A stretch of 64,000 bases of DNA from Nitrosarchaeum sp. (GTDB lineage Archaea; Thermoproteota; Nitrososphaeria; Nitrososphaerales; Nitrosopumilaceae): contig OZ245020.1 in the NCBI GenBank assembly GCA_965223865.1, positions 896,001-960,000 on the forward strand. Direction: 5' to 3'. The position numbers were made by a program, and so were the translations under genes. This document shows positions 1 through 8,726 of this stretch, in pieces (position 1 is the first letter of the stretch; each line of letters begins with the position of its first letter). Below the pieces are notes generated by a model that had not been told where the DNA came from, did not search any database, and saw nothing but the letters and a program-made list of their open reading frames with translations.

Positions 1-1031
1 GGTGTGTATCTTAGGCCATCCATTTCATTAAAACCGCACATTACATTCATGTTTTGAATGGCTGAACCTGCTGCGCCTTTCATGAGGTTATCTGAGGCAG
101 ACAATGCAATCAATCTGTGATTGTCTTCATCAAGATCAAAACCAATATCACAAAAGTTTGAACCAACCAAAAATTTTGGATCTGGGAATTTGTACAAACC
201 TTTTTTATCTCGAATTAACCTGACAAATTTCTCCTCGCCATAATTTTGACGATAAATTTTCCACAATTCCTTTTCCTCAACTTCTTTTTTCATAAATGTG
301 TGATTCGTACACAATATTCCTCGAACTACGTCTACTGCATGAGGACTCATAGACACATGAATCTTCTTTCCTGCAATCTCGCTTAACTCTTGTTCTATCT
401 CACCAGTATGTCTATGCTTTGCTGGTTTATATGGTCGAATAACTCCTGCTCTCATTGCATGTGCTGTTCCTGAACCGGAACCTGCACCTGATGAACCAAT
501 CTTTGAATCAACTACAATGTGATCAGTATCAATAAGATCATTTTTGATTAATGGTGTAAGAGCAAGCATTGATGTTACTGCCATGCATCCTGGACAAGAA
601 ACTAGTTGAGTTTTTTTGATTTCTTCTCTGTGCAGTTCTGGTACTCCAAATACTGACTTTGAAAGGTAATCAGGATGTGGATGCTCCCATCCATACCATT
701 TTCCGTAATCCTCAGGATTGTGTAATCTGTAATCTGCGCTCAAATCAATAATTTTGATTCCTCTGTCATACAGGGCTTTTACAATCTCAGTTGCTGTTCC
801 ATGTGGGACAGCAGTAAAGACAAGATCGCATTGGTCTGAAATTTTATCATAATCTAATTCAGAAAATGTCAAATCTGTAAACCCCTTCAAACTTGGCTGA
901 ACTCTGTGAAGGTATTCTCCAACATGTTGCCTTGAGGTAACAGTTGTGATCTCAACATCGGGATGATTTACAAGTAAACGTAGTGTTTCTCCTCCTACAT
1001 ATCCTGATGCTCCAACAACACCTACTTTCAT
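1..1031 (-). CDS. argC: N-acetyl-gamma-glutamyl-phosphate / LysW-aminoadipyl-phosphate reductase (ArgC/LysY); 3' end runs off the window
   Basis: Not in the ORF track. Manual translation from ATG at 1031 gives MKVGVVGASGYVGGETLRLLVNHP..., with PGCMAV and DNLMKGAAG motifs. A GGAGGTG Shine-Dalgarno lies upstream, and the gene follows lysX. Confidence 0.95.
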   Translation of the reverse strand, partial: MKVGVVGASGYVGGETLRLLVNHPDVEITTVTSRQHVGEYLHRVQPSLKGFTDLTFSELDYDKISDQCDLVFTAVPHGTATEIVKALYDRGIKIIDLSADYRLHNPEDYGKWYGWEHPHPDYLSKSVFGVPELHREEIKKTQLVSCPGCMAVTSMLALTPLIKNDLIDTDHIVVDSKIGSSGAGSGSGTAHAMRAGVIRPYKPAKHRHTGEIEQELSEIAGKKIHVSMSPHAVDVVRGILCTNHTFMKKEVEEKELWKIYRQNYGEEKFVRLIRDKKGLYKFPDPKFLVGSNFCDIGFDLDEDNHRLIALSASDNLMKGAAGSAIQNMNVMCGFNEMDGLRYT

Positions 1032-1059
1032 GATACACCTCCTCGTAAAGGAGTATAAT

Positions 1060-1917
1060 TTATTTCCTAACGTGGTTTAGTGCAAATTCTACCATTTCTT
1101 TTGGAATATTTCTTTGAGCAACTCTGGCCAATCCTTTGAATTCAACAGTGTTGTTGACTTCGTGAACAACAAGACCATTTTCTTCATCTTCCATCATATC
1201 AATTCCTAAAATGCCTCCACCCATTGCTTTTGATGCCTTTGAGGCCATGTCCTCCATCTCTTTTGAAATATCACATAATTCAGGATCGGCACCTAATGCA
1301 ATGTTTGTTTTAAATCCTCCTGAAGACTTTCTATACATTGCTGCAATTGGTTGATCGCCTATTGTAATCACTCTAATGTCTCTTGGTGGTCTTTTTACTA
1401 ATTCTTGAAGGTAGTAAATTCTATCATGTGGACTATCGGTAATGTCTCTGATTTCAGATACTGCATCCATTGCATCCTTGTCTTTTATTGGCATTACTCC
1501 ACGGCCCCAACTGCCAATGACTGGTTTTATTACCATTGGATATCCTACTTTTTCTATATTCTTAGCTGCACTTTGACTTGAAAATGAAAAATATGTTTTG
1601 GGAGTCGGAATGTTATGTTTTTTCAAAAGTAATGTCATAAACATCTTGTTTCCACAAAGATTTGCGACATCAAATTTGTTAAAGACTGGAACATCCATAA
1701 ATTCTAGACTGGCGGTAAAATGAAGTCCTCTAAAATAGCTAATACATCTTTCTAGTACCACATCTCCAAAGTCAAAATCATCCTTCTTACTATCTGTGTT
1801 AATCTGGGTAATTTTTGCATCAAGCATCATTGTATCATGTCCAAGGTTAGATGCCTCTTTTTGAAGCATTTTTTCTTCCGTTCTAAGACGGTCAAACACA
1901 ATACAAACTTTGGACAT
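1060..1917 (-). CDS. lysX: LysX/ArgX ATP-grasp ligase (RimK family)
   Basis: KPVIGSWGRG, RDIRV, FKTNIALG and HEVNNTVEFKGL motifs; adjacent to lysW. Confidence 0.93.
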   Translation of the reverse strand: MSKVCIVFDRLRTEEKMLQKEASNLGHDTMMLDAKITQINTDSKKDDFDFGDVVLERCISYFRGLHFTASLEFMDVPVFNKFDVANLCGNKMFMTLLLKKHNIPTPKTYFSFSSQSAAKNIEKVGYPMVIKPVIGSWGRGVMPIKDKDAMDAVSEIRDITDSPHDRIYYLQELVKRPPRDIRVITIGDQPIAAMYRKSSGGFKTNIALGADPELCDISKEMEDMASKASKAMGGGILGIDMMEDEENGLVVHEVNNTVEFKGLARVAQRNIPKEMVEFALNHVRK

Positions 1918-2084
1918 TACTCTCCCCAGTCTTCGCCTACGCTTTCTGCTTGTTTTAGCTCAACATTTGATCCGTCTTTTTTGGCGATTTCAAAGTCAGC
2001 ACCACAATCAGGACAGGAAATAATTTCTCCTACTGAGGCATCGTCTGGGATGTTTAGTTTTGCGTCACATTCTGGGCAGTTCAT
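1917..2084 (-). CDS. lysW: LysW amino-group carrier protein (55 aa)
   Basis: Not in the ORF track. Translation is MNCPECDAKLNIPDDASVGEIISCPDCGADFEIAKKDGSNVELKQAESVGEDWGE: two CxxC pairs and the diagnostic C-terminal EDWGE. It overlaps the argG stop and the lysX start. Confidence 0.97.
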   Translation of the reverse strand: MNCPECDAKLNIPDDASVGEIISCPDCGADFEIAKKDGSNVELKQAESVGEDWGE

Positions 2085-3280
2085 GTTTTTGATGACCTCT
2101 TCTCTTGTAATTTATTAGCTTCTGTTGACTGCATTCCCCACAATTCAACAAATCCTTTGGCCAATCTTTGATCAAAAGTTGATTCTGTACCATAAGTTGC
2201 AATCTCATGGCTATACAATGAGTTCTTTGACTTTCTTCCAACCACTCGAATGCTTCCTTTGTATAGCTTGAGTTTTACTGTTCCTGAAACTGGTTTTTGG
2301 GATGTTTCAATGAATCCATCTAGATCTTTTCTTAATGGATCTTGCCATAATCCAGAATATACAAGATATGACCATTCATCGTCAATTATTGATTTAAACT
2401 TGTTTTGATGTTTTGTGTGGACCATCTTCTCCAAGTCAGTATGTGCCTCAATTAGGCATGTTGCTGCTGGAGTTTCGTAGACTTCACGTGATTTTATTCC
2501 TACTACTCTGTCTTCAATATGATCAACAATTCCTACTCCTGCATTTCCTGCCTTTTTGTTAAGGTATTCAATTAATTTTATGGATTCTAGTTTTTTATCA
2601 TCAACTTCTACTGGAACTCCTTTTTCAAATTTTATCTCCAGATATGTAGGTTTGTCAGGAAGATTTTTTGTTTTGACCCAAATGAATGCATCATCTGGAG
2701 GTTCATTGTAAGGATCTTCTAGTACTCCTCCTTCAATTGCTCGTCCCCATAGATTTTGATCAATGCTAAATTTTTTTGCAACAGTGTCAATTTGAATTCC
2801 ATGTTTTTCGGCAAACTTTAATTCAATAACTCTATCCAAATTTTTATCACGAATTGGTGCAATGATTGGGAGATTAGATCCTGAACGCAACGTGATGTCA
2901 AATCTTACTTGATCATTTCCTTTGCCAGAACATCCATGTGCAAGTGATGTTACTTTTTCTTTTCTTGCAATTTCTAATACTTTTTCAGCAATTAATGGTC
3001 TTGCAAGTGCGGTTGCAAGACAATATTTTTTCTGATAGAGTGCGTTTGCCTTTATTGATGGAAAAATGTAATCTCTTACAAACTCTTTTCTTGCATCAAT
3101 GTTGTAGTGTTTTTTTACTCCCAGTTTTTTTGCTTTCGCTGCAATCTTTTTATGATTATCTCCTTGTCCGACATCAACTGTAACTGTAATAACATCCATG
3201 TCATGCTCTTCTTGAAGATACTTTACAACGACTGATGTGTCTAATCCACCAGAAAATGCAAGAATTCCTTTTTGAGTCAT
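2081..3280 (-). CDS. argG: Argininosuccinate synthase
   Basis: LAFSGGLDTS, HGCSGKGNDQVRF and GIKSREVYETPA motifs. Confidence 0.97.
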   Translation of the reverse strand: MTQKGILAFSGGLDTSVVVKYLQEEHDMDVITVTVDVGQGDNHKKIAAKAKKLGVKKHYNIDARKEFVRDYIFPSIKANALYQKKYCLATALARPLIAEKVLEIARKEKVTSLAHGCSGKGNDQVRFDITLRSGSNLPIIAPIRDKNLDRVIELKFAEKHGIQIDTVAKKFSIDQNLWGRAIEGGVLEDPYNEPPDDAFIWVKTKNLPDKPTYLEIKFEKGVPVEVDDKKLESIKLIEYLNKKAGNAGVGIVDHIEDRVVGIKSREVYETPAATCLIEAHTDLEKMVHTKHQNKFKSIIDDEWSYLVYSGLWQDPLRKDLDGFIETSQKPVSGTVKLKLYKGSIRVVGRKSKNSLYSHEIATYGTESTFDQRLAKGFVELWGMQSTEANKLQEKRSSKT

Positions 3281-3405
3281 AAAACATATTTTCGGCTGTA
3301 TTTTGGAATTTATCTTTTGTGATAATACAAAAACAAACTATGATTTTTTGACTAGCTTAAGCTAAAATTCGGTGATTATTTAACCTCCTAATATAACGGT
3401 GTTTT

Positions 3406-4428
3406 ATGAAAATTAGATCAGCAATTTTTGGTGGAATTGCAGTAATAGTTGTTATTTCAATTGTCGGATTTGCTACTAGTTTTGATGAAAATAGGCATGA
3501 AAACAAGCTGCGAGTAGCGTATTTTCCAAACATAGGTCATGCTATTCCAATTGTTGGAATGGAAAAAGGGATCTTTAAAAACCAAATAGGGCCAGATACC
3601 CACATTGAACCAAGGCTATTTGATAGTGGCCCCCAAGTAATAGAATCTCTCTTTGCAGGTTCTGTTGATATTGCCTATGTTGGACCAGGTCCTGCAATCA
3701 ACGGATTTTTAAAATCTGAAAACAAAAATGTGAAAATTTTATCAGGTGCTGCAAGCGGTGGTGCAAGCTTTATTGTTCACCCGAATTCAAAAATTAATTC
3801 TGTTGCTGACTTTGTAGGAAAGCGAATTGCATCTCCGCAAATTGGAAATACACAGGATGTATCATTGCGAAACTATCTTAATGAAAATGGATTAAAGCCA
3901 GCAGAGAGAGGCGGCTCTGTTGTTGTACTAAATATCCCAAACCCAGACATTTACACTTTGTTTACAAAAGATGAGATTGATGCTGCATGGGTTCCTGAAC
4001 CTTGGGCATCACTTCTTGTGCAAGAACTAAATGGCAAAAGGTTGTTCTTTGAGGAAGATCTTTGGCCTGAAAAAAAATTTGCATCAGTTGTTTTGATCGG
4101 GAGAGATGAGTACGTCAAAGAAAATCCTTTGGTAATTCAAAACTGGCTAGAATCTCACACAAAAACAATCAACTGGATAAATGAAAATCCTGAAGATACT
4201 AGAATTATCTTTAATCAATTTATGAAAAACACGATGGGCCAGTCATTGTCTGATTCAGTTATTGATGAGTCCTTATCTAATTTAGAAATTACATCTGATC
4301 CTCTAAAAGAATCCATTTCTACAATTGCACAAAGAGCAGACTCTTTGGGTTACCTTGGACGAGATGGATATGACTTGGAGGGAATTTACTTTGAAATAAA
4401 TTCAAATGACCAACCAGGAGAGTTTTGA
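3406..4428 (+). CDS. ABC transporter substrate-binding protein, SsuA/TauA/NitT family
   Basis: N-terminal membrane anchor; YFPNIGHA, YVGPGPAIN, PQIGNTQDV and WVPEPWAS motifs; first gene of an ABC triad. Confidence 0.88.
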   Translation: MKIRSAIFGGIAVIVVISIVGFATSFDENRHENKLRVAYFPNIGHAIPIVGMEKGIFKNQIGPDTHIEPRLFDSGPQVIESLFAGSVDIAYVGPGPAINGFLKSENKNVKILSGAASGGASFIVHPNSKINSVADFVGKRIASPQIGNTQDVSLRNYLNENGLKPAERGGSVVVLNIPNPDIYTLFTKDEIDAAWVPEPWASLLVQELNGKRLFFEEDLWPEKKFASVVLIGRDEYVKENPLVIQNWLESHTKTINWINENPEDTRIIFNQFMKNTMGQSLSDSVIDESLSNLEITSDPLKESISTIAQRADSLGYLGRDGYDLEGIYFEINSNDQPGEF

Positions 4429-4434
4429 TAATTT

Positions 4435-5193
4435 ATGGCAACACTTGAAGCTAAAGACATTGTGAAATATTTCAAACATGACAGCCACAAGCTAAAGGCA
4501 CTTGGGGGCGTAAACCTCAAAGTCGAAGACGGTGAGTTTGTCTGTCTCGTGGGCCCATCTGGATGTGGAAAATCTACCTTTCTGAGAATTGTTGCAGGGC
4601 TTGAAAGCCCTGATGAGGGCCAAGTTCTATTTGATGGCAAGCCTGTAACGACTACTGGGCCTGAAAGAATAATGGTATTTCAGGAAGGAGCGTTGTTTCC
4701 ATGGCTCAAAGTGCAAGATAATGTAGAATTCGGCCTAAAGATGACAGGAATCCCACCTGAGGAGAGGACCCAAATTTCAAAAAGATACCTTGACATGATG
4801 CAGCTGACAAAATTTGCAGACTCTTACACATACCAACTCTCCACTGGAATGAAGCAGAGAGTGGCTATAGCTCGAGCGCTAGTGATGGATCCTGATGTGT
4901 TACTAATGGATGAACCATTTGCAGCACTTGATGCGCAGACACGAGACTTGCTCTTAGTTGAGATGCAGCTAATCTGGGAGAAAACAAAAAAGACAATATT
5001 GTTTGTAACACATAATGTTGCAGAAGCTGCAGTACTTGGAACCAAAGTTGCGGTGTTTAGTAACAGGCCATCTAAAATTAAAAAACTGATGCCAGTTGAC
5101 TATAAAAGACCAAGACTTGCAGAAGATGAAAATCTCTTACCATTACAGCAAGAAATCCTATCAGAACTACGACCTGAGGTAAAAAGGAGTTAA
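4435..5193 (+). CDS. ABC transporter ATP-binding protein, SsuB/TauB family
   Basis: Walker A GPSGCGKST, signature LSTGMKQR, Walker B LLMDEPF. Confidence 0.95.
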   Translation: MATLEAKDIVKYFKHDSHKLKALGGVNLKVEDGEFVCLVGPSGCGKSTFLRIVAGLESPDEGQVLFDGKPVTTTGPERIMVFQEGALFPWLKVQDNVEFGLKMTGIPPEERTQISKRYLDMMQLTKFADSYTYQLSTGMKQRVAIARALVMDPDVLLMDEPFAALDAQTRDLLLVEMQLIWEKTKKTILFVTHNVAEAAVLGTKVAVFSNRPSKIKKLMPVDYKRPRLAEDENLLPLQQEILSELRPEVKRS

Positions 5194-5197
5194 TGTT

Positions 5198-5956
5198 TTG
5201 AAGAAAAATATTTTGTTAAAGAAAATATTGTTTTACATTGTAATTGTTGCAGTATGGCAACTAGTTTCAATGTCGAACATTTGGCCCAACAATATATTTC
5301 CGTCCCCCTATGAGGTCGGCGAGGACTTAGTTTACACTGCAGCTGATGGAAGCTTGTTTTTTGGAATAGGGACTAGCATACTGAGACTTTTGGTTGGTCT
5401 TGCAATTGCAATTGGCGGAGGAATAGTTCTTGGAATCTTTATGGCAAGAGTTGAAGTTGTAAACCAAACTATAGGTTCTTTGGTTTTGGGGTTGCAATCA
5501 ATTCCCTCTGTTGCTTGGGTGCCGCTTGGAATACTTTGGTTTGGATTGACTGATGCTGGAATTATCTTTGTTACTGCAATTGGTGCAATCTTTGCAGTAA
5601 CTATCAATACGTATACTGGTGTCAAAAACATCAATCCTCACTTTATAGAGGCAGCAAGAAACATGGGTGCAAAGGGAACTCAGCTTATAACTAGTGTGTT
5701 GATTCCAGCTGCATTTCCATACATGATTTCAGGATTTAAGCAAGGTTGGGCATTTGCTTGGAGAGGGGTAATTGGAGCTGAACTCTTGTTTTCTTTCTTG
5801 GGATTGGGATTTTTGTTAAATGTTGGACGTCAGCTAAATGATGTTTCCCAGGTTATTGCGATAATGCTTGTAATCATGATAATTGGAGTTGTCGTTGATG
5901 GCGTAATATTTAAGAGACTAGAGGACAAGGTAATGTCTCGTTGGGGTTTGAGATAA
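5198..5956 (+). CDS. ABC transporter permease, SsuC/TauC family
   Basis: Hydrophobic protein with EAA loop EAARNMGA; LQSIPSVAWVP. Confidence 0.93.
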   Translation: MKKNILLKKILFYIVIVAVWQLVSMSNIWPNNIFPSPYEVGEDLVYTAADGSLFFGIGTSILRLLVGLAIAIGGGIVLGIFMARVEVVNQTIGSLVLGLQSIPSVAWVPLGILWFGLTDAGIIFVTAIGAIFAVTINTYTGVKNINPHFIEAARNMGAKGTQLITSVLIPAAFPYMISGFKQGWAFAWRGVIGAELLFSFLGLGFLLNVGRQLNDVSQVIAIMLVIMIIGVVVDGVIFKRLEDKVMSRWGLR

Positions 5957-6254
5957 CTCGTTTTTTTTGGTTCAAATTTTAATAGGAGCATGGAGTTTGC
6001 AAGGGTTTTGGCACCATACCTTCCAAGCAAGAAGCACTGAAAATAATCATCTAGCGATTTATCCTCTCAAAATTAGTGCAAATCGCCAACTGCTCTTATT
6101 TTCTATTTTTCCAGAAAAGTAACGATGAATATTCCTATTGCCGTAAGAATTCAAAGAATTATGGATCCATATTACTAGATAAGGAATTTGAGAACTAGTG
6201 AATTTTTGAATAAACAAAATAAGTTTTTTAATCTGATAAAAATTCAAAAACATA

Positions 6255-6440
6255 ATGGAAGAAGAATCAGCAATAAAGATCCTCTACGAAAATAAAGACG
6301 CCAAATGCAAAAATCCAAATTGCAGACATGTGATGGAATCGCATTTACATTTCAAAAAAATCAAAGATGACAGAGTCCCTCTGATATATTGTTCTGAATG
6401 CAGAGCACAAGGCACTGAATGCAACCTAACAAAATTTTGA
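6255..6440 (+). CDS. Small Cys/His-rich putative zinc-binding protein
   Basis: 61 aa with CKNPNCRH-x4-H and CSEC...C; similar motif in the ORF at 36276-36446. Confidence 0.65.
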   Translation: MEEESAIKILYENKDAKCKNPNCRHVMESHLHFKKIKDDRVPLIYCSECRAQGTECNLTKF

Positions 6441-6528
6441 CTAGATGATTCAAGCAATATCTGCAAATATGTTTCTTAGCGCATTCATGATGTCTCTAAA
6501 TTAATAGATGAATGCTCGTTTGTCTGAA

Positions 6529-7635
6529 CTATTTGCCTTTGCTTATCTTTAATGAAACTGCAAAAGCACAGATAATAATTGCAATTGCAAAGTACATCAC
6601 AGAAACATAGTCAAATGCAAATGCAATACTTCCTGCAATCACTGGGCCAATAACTGTTGCAATTGATAATGTCGAGCTAAAAATCCCTGTTGATGTTGAA
6701 CGTGGATTGTTCTCCATTAAATGGAAATTTCCACCAATAAACAAAAATGCCCAAGTAGCACCAACTAATGCCATAAAGGGCATTGCCATCCACCACTCAG
6801 TAACTACTGACAAACCCACAAAAACAAATGTTGTACTTCCAATTCCGATTTTGAATTTTGTAACATTTGATAAATTGATTCTAGTTGCCATCACATTCAT
6901 CAAAATAAATGCAGTTAGCGTGTTTGCAACATATACAATTGAAATGTGGTACAATTCTCCTCCCAACCTCTCCACTATCATTATTGGAAGAATGACCCAT
7001 ACTGCTGATGCTCCGATATGCCTGAGTAATAATGATAAGAAGAGAAACTTGTTTTTTGAAATTACCTTTTTTGTGGTACCTGGCTCTAGCTCTTTTTCTT
7101 GTTCTGGATTTGGCAATCTCATTGTAAAAATTAATCCAATGATAAATGATGCCGCACTGATTAGAAAAATGAGTTTAAGATCATTTGCAATTCCTGCAGC
7201 TGCAATTCCTGCAAGCCATCCTAATGCATGAAATGAAATTACAGTTGCTGCCCTTTTTTTCTCATGGTTTGCCTCATATGCATAAGCTATCATTGCAGGA
7301 ATCATTATGCCACTTGCAATTCCAGCTGCAATTCTAACCAGAAACAACAATCCAATATCATCTGCAAAATAATGCAAGCCAAATGCTGCAGCACATCCAA
7401 TGAAGCCTAACCTGATGAATTTGAGTCTGGTCCCTTTCTTGTCTGAATGTCTTCCAAAGTAGATTTCAGATAAAATCTGGGCAAAACTAAATGAGGCTAC
7501 AATTAACCCAATCTCAAAAACAGAATCTGTAACCCCTTTTGCAATGATGGGCATGAACACAAATACGATTGATATGCCAGCGTGTTGAAAAAAAGTAGCA
7601 CTACGAACTAAATTGTTTACTTGTAATTTTTGCAT
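6529..7635 (-). CDS. MFS transporter
   Basis: About 12 hydrophobic segments; motif-A-like FGRHSDKKG. Confidence 0.9.
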   Translation of the reverse strand: MQKLQVNNLVRSATFFQHAGISIVFVFMPIIAKGVTDSVFEIGLIVASFSFAQILSEIYFGRHSDKKGTRLKFIRLGFIGCAAAFGLHYFADDIGLLFLVRIAAGIASGIMIPAMIAYAYEANHEKKRAATVISFHALGWLAGIAAAGIANDLKLIFLISAASFIIGLIFTMRLPNPEQEKELEPGTTKKVISKNKFLFLSLLLRHIGASAVWVILPIMIVERLGGELYHISIVYVANTLTAFILMNVMATRINLSNVTKFKIGIGSTTFVFVGLSVVTEWWMAMPFMALVGATWAFLFIGGNFHLMENNPRSTSTGIFSSTLSIATVIGPVIAGSIAFAFDYVSVMYFAIAIIICAFAVSLKISKGK

Positions 7636-7732
7636 AAAGGTACAATCAAATCATCTTCTGCCTAATTTGAACATACGTATCAGTGCAAGTCTTCTCAAAA
7701 GAGTTAAACTCCCCTGAGATGTCTCAAAATAA

Positions 7733-8695
7733 TTGATAAAAAAAGAACCTTTCCTCGAAGCTCTCAAAAACAAAGTTCTACTTTTTGATGGTGCAATGGG
7801 TACTGAAATTCAAAAGTATAATCCAAAAACTGAAGACTTTCCAGACAACCAAGACGGATTTAATGATGGTCTGGTGTTGACACATCCTGAATGGATAAAA
7901 CAAATCCATAAAAATTATTTGGATGCAGGTTCGGACTGCATTGAGACAAACTCATTTGGTTCAAACAAAATCAAACTTGATGAGTATGGATTTGGCCGAC
8001 AGACAGTAGATTTTAACAAAAAAATTGCAGAGATAGCAGTTGAGGTTTGCTCAGAATATGAGGACAAACCAAGATATGTGATTGGCTCAATGGGACCTTC
8101 TGGATACCTTCCAAGCTCAAATGATCCAGATCTGGGACAAAAACCACTTGATGAAATCCAAGAAGCATTTGAGCTGCAGGCAGAAGGGCTTATTCTTGGC
8201 GGAGTAGACGCATTGCTAATTGAGACAAGCCAAGATATCTTAGAGGTAAAACTAGCCATTGAGGCATGTCACAATGCAATGAAGAAAGCTGGAAGAAAGG
8301 TTCCAGTCATTGCAAACACCACACTTGACCAATATGGGAAAATGCTTCTTGGAACAAACATTCAGGCTGCATACACAACTGTCTCAGATATGAGCATTGA
8401 TATCTTTGGTCTTAACTGCTCCACTGGCCCTGTTGAAATGACTCCAAGTGTAAGATGGCTTGATGAGCAGGATGATCACGACTTGTTGGTTGTACCAAAT
8501 GCTGGAATGCCAGAAAATGAAGGAGGACAAGCAGTCTATAATATGACTCCTGAGAAGATGGGTTCTGCACTTGGTGACTTTCTAAAACAATACAAAAAGA
8601 TCCGAATAATTGGCGGTTGCTGTGGAACAAACCCTCAGCACATAGCTGTCCTACGTAAAGTAATTGACGAAAAAACAAAATCTGTTGAGGGTTAA
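7733..8695 (+). CDS. Methionine synthase homocysteine-binding subunit (split MetH, N-terminal part)
   Basis: DGAMGT, GLNCS, PNAGMP and IIGGCCGT zinc-binding motifs. Confidence 0.93.
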   Translation: MIKKEPFLEALKNKVLLFDGAMGTEIQKYNPKTEDFPDNQDGFNDGLVLTHPEWIKQIHKNYLDAGSDCIETNSFGSNKIKLDEYGFGRQTVDFNKKIAEIAVEVCSEYEDKPRYVIGSMGPSGYLPSSNDPDLGQKPLDEIQEAFELQAEGLILGGVDALLIETSQDILEVKLAIEACHNAMKKAGRKVPVIANTTLDQYGKMLLGTNIQAAYTTVSDMSIDIFGLNCSTGPVEMTPSVRWLDEQDDHDLLVVPNAGMPENEGGQAVYNMTPEKMGSALGDFLKQYKKIRIIGGCCGTNPQHIAVLRKVIDEKTKSVEG

Positions 8696-8726
8696 GTATT
8701 TACAAAAACTCTGATATTTTACCACA

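Noticed and set aside
6059-6253. 64-aa minus-strand ORF
   Set aside because: It runs across the promoter region of 6255, has no motif and has the composition of AT-rich non-coding DNA.
6481-6527. GCATTCAT/ATGAATGC inverted repeat and C/D-like words
   Set aside because: An 8-bp stem between convergent genes with no convincing C' box; at most a terminator element.
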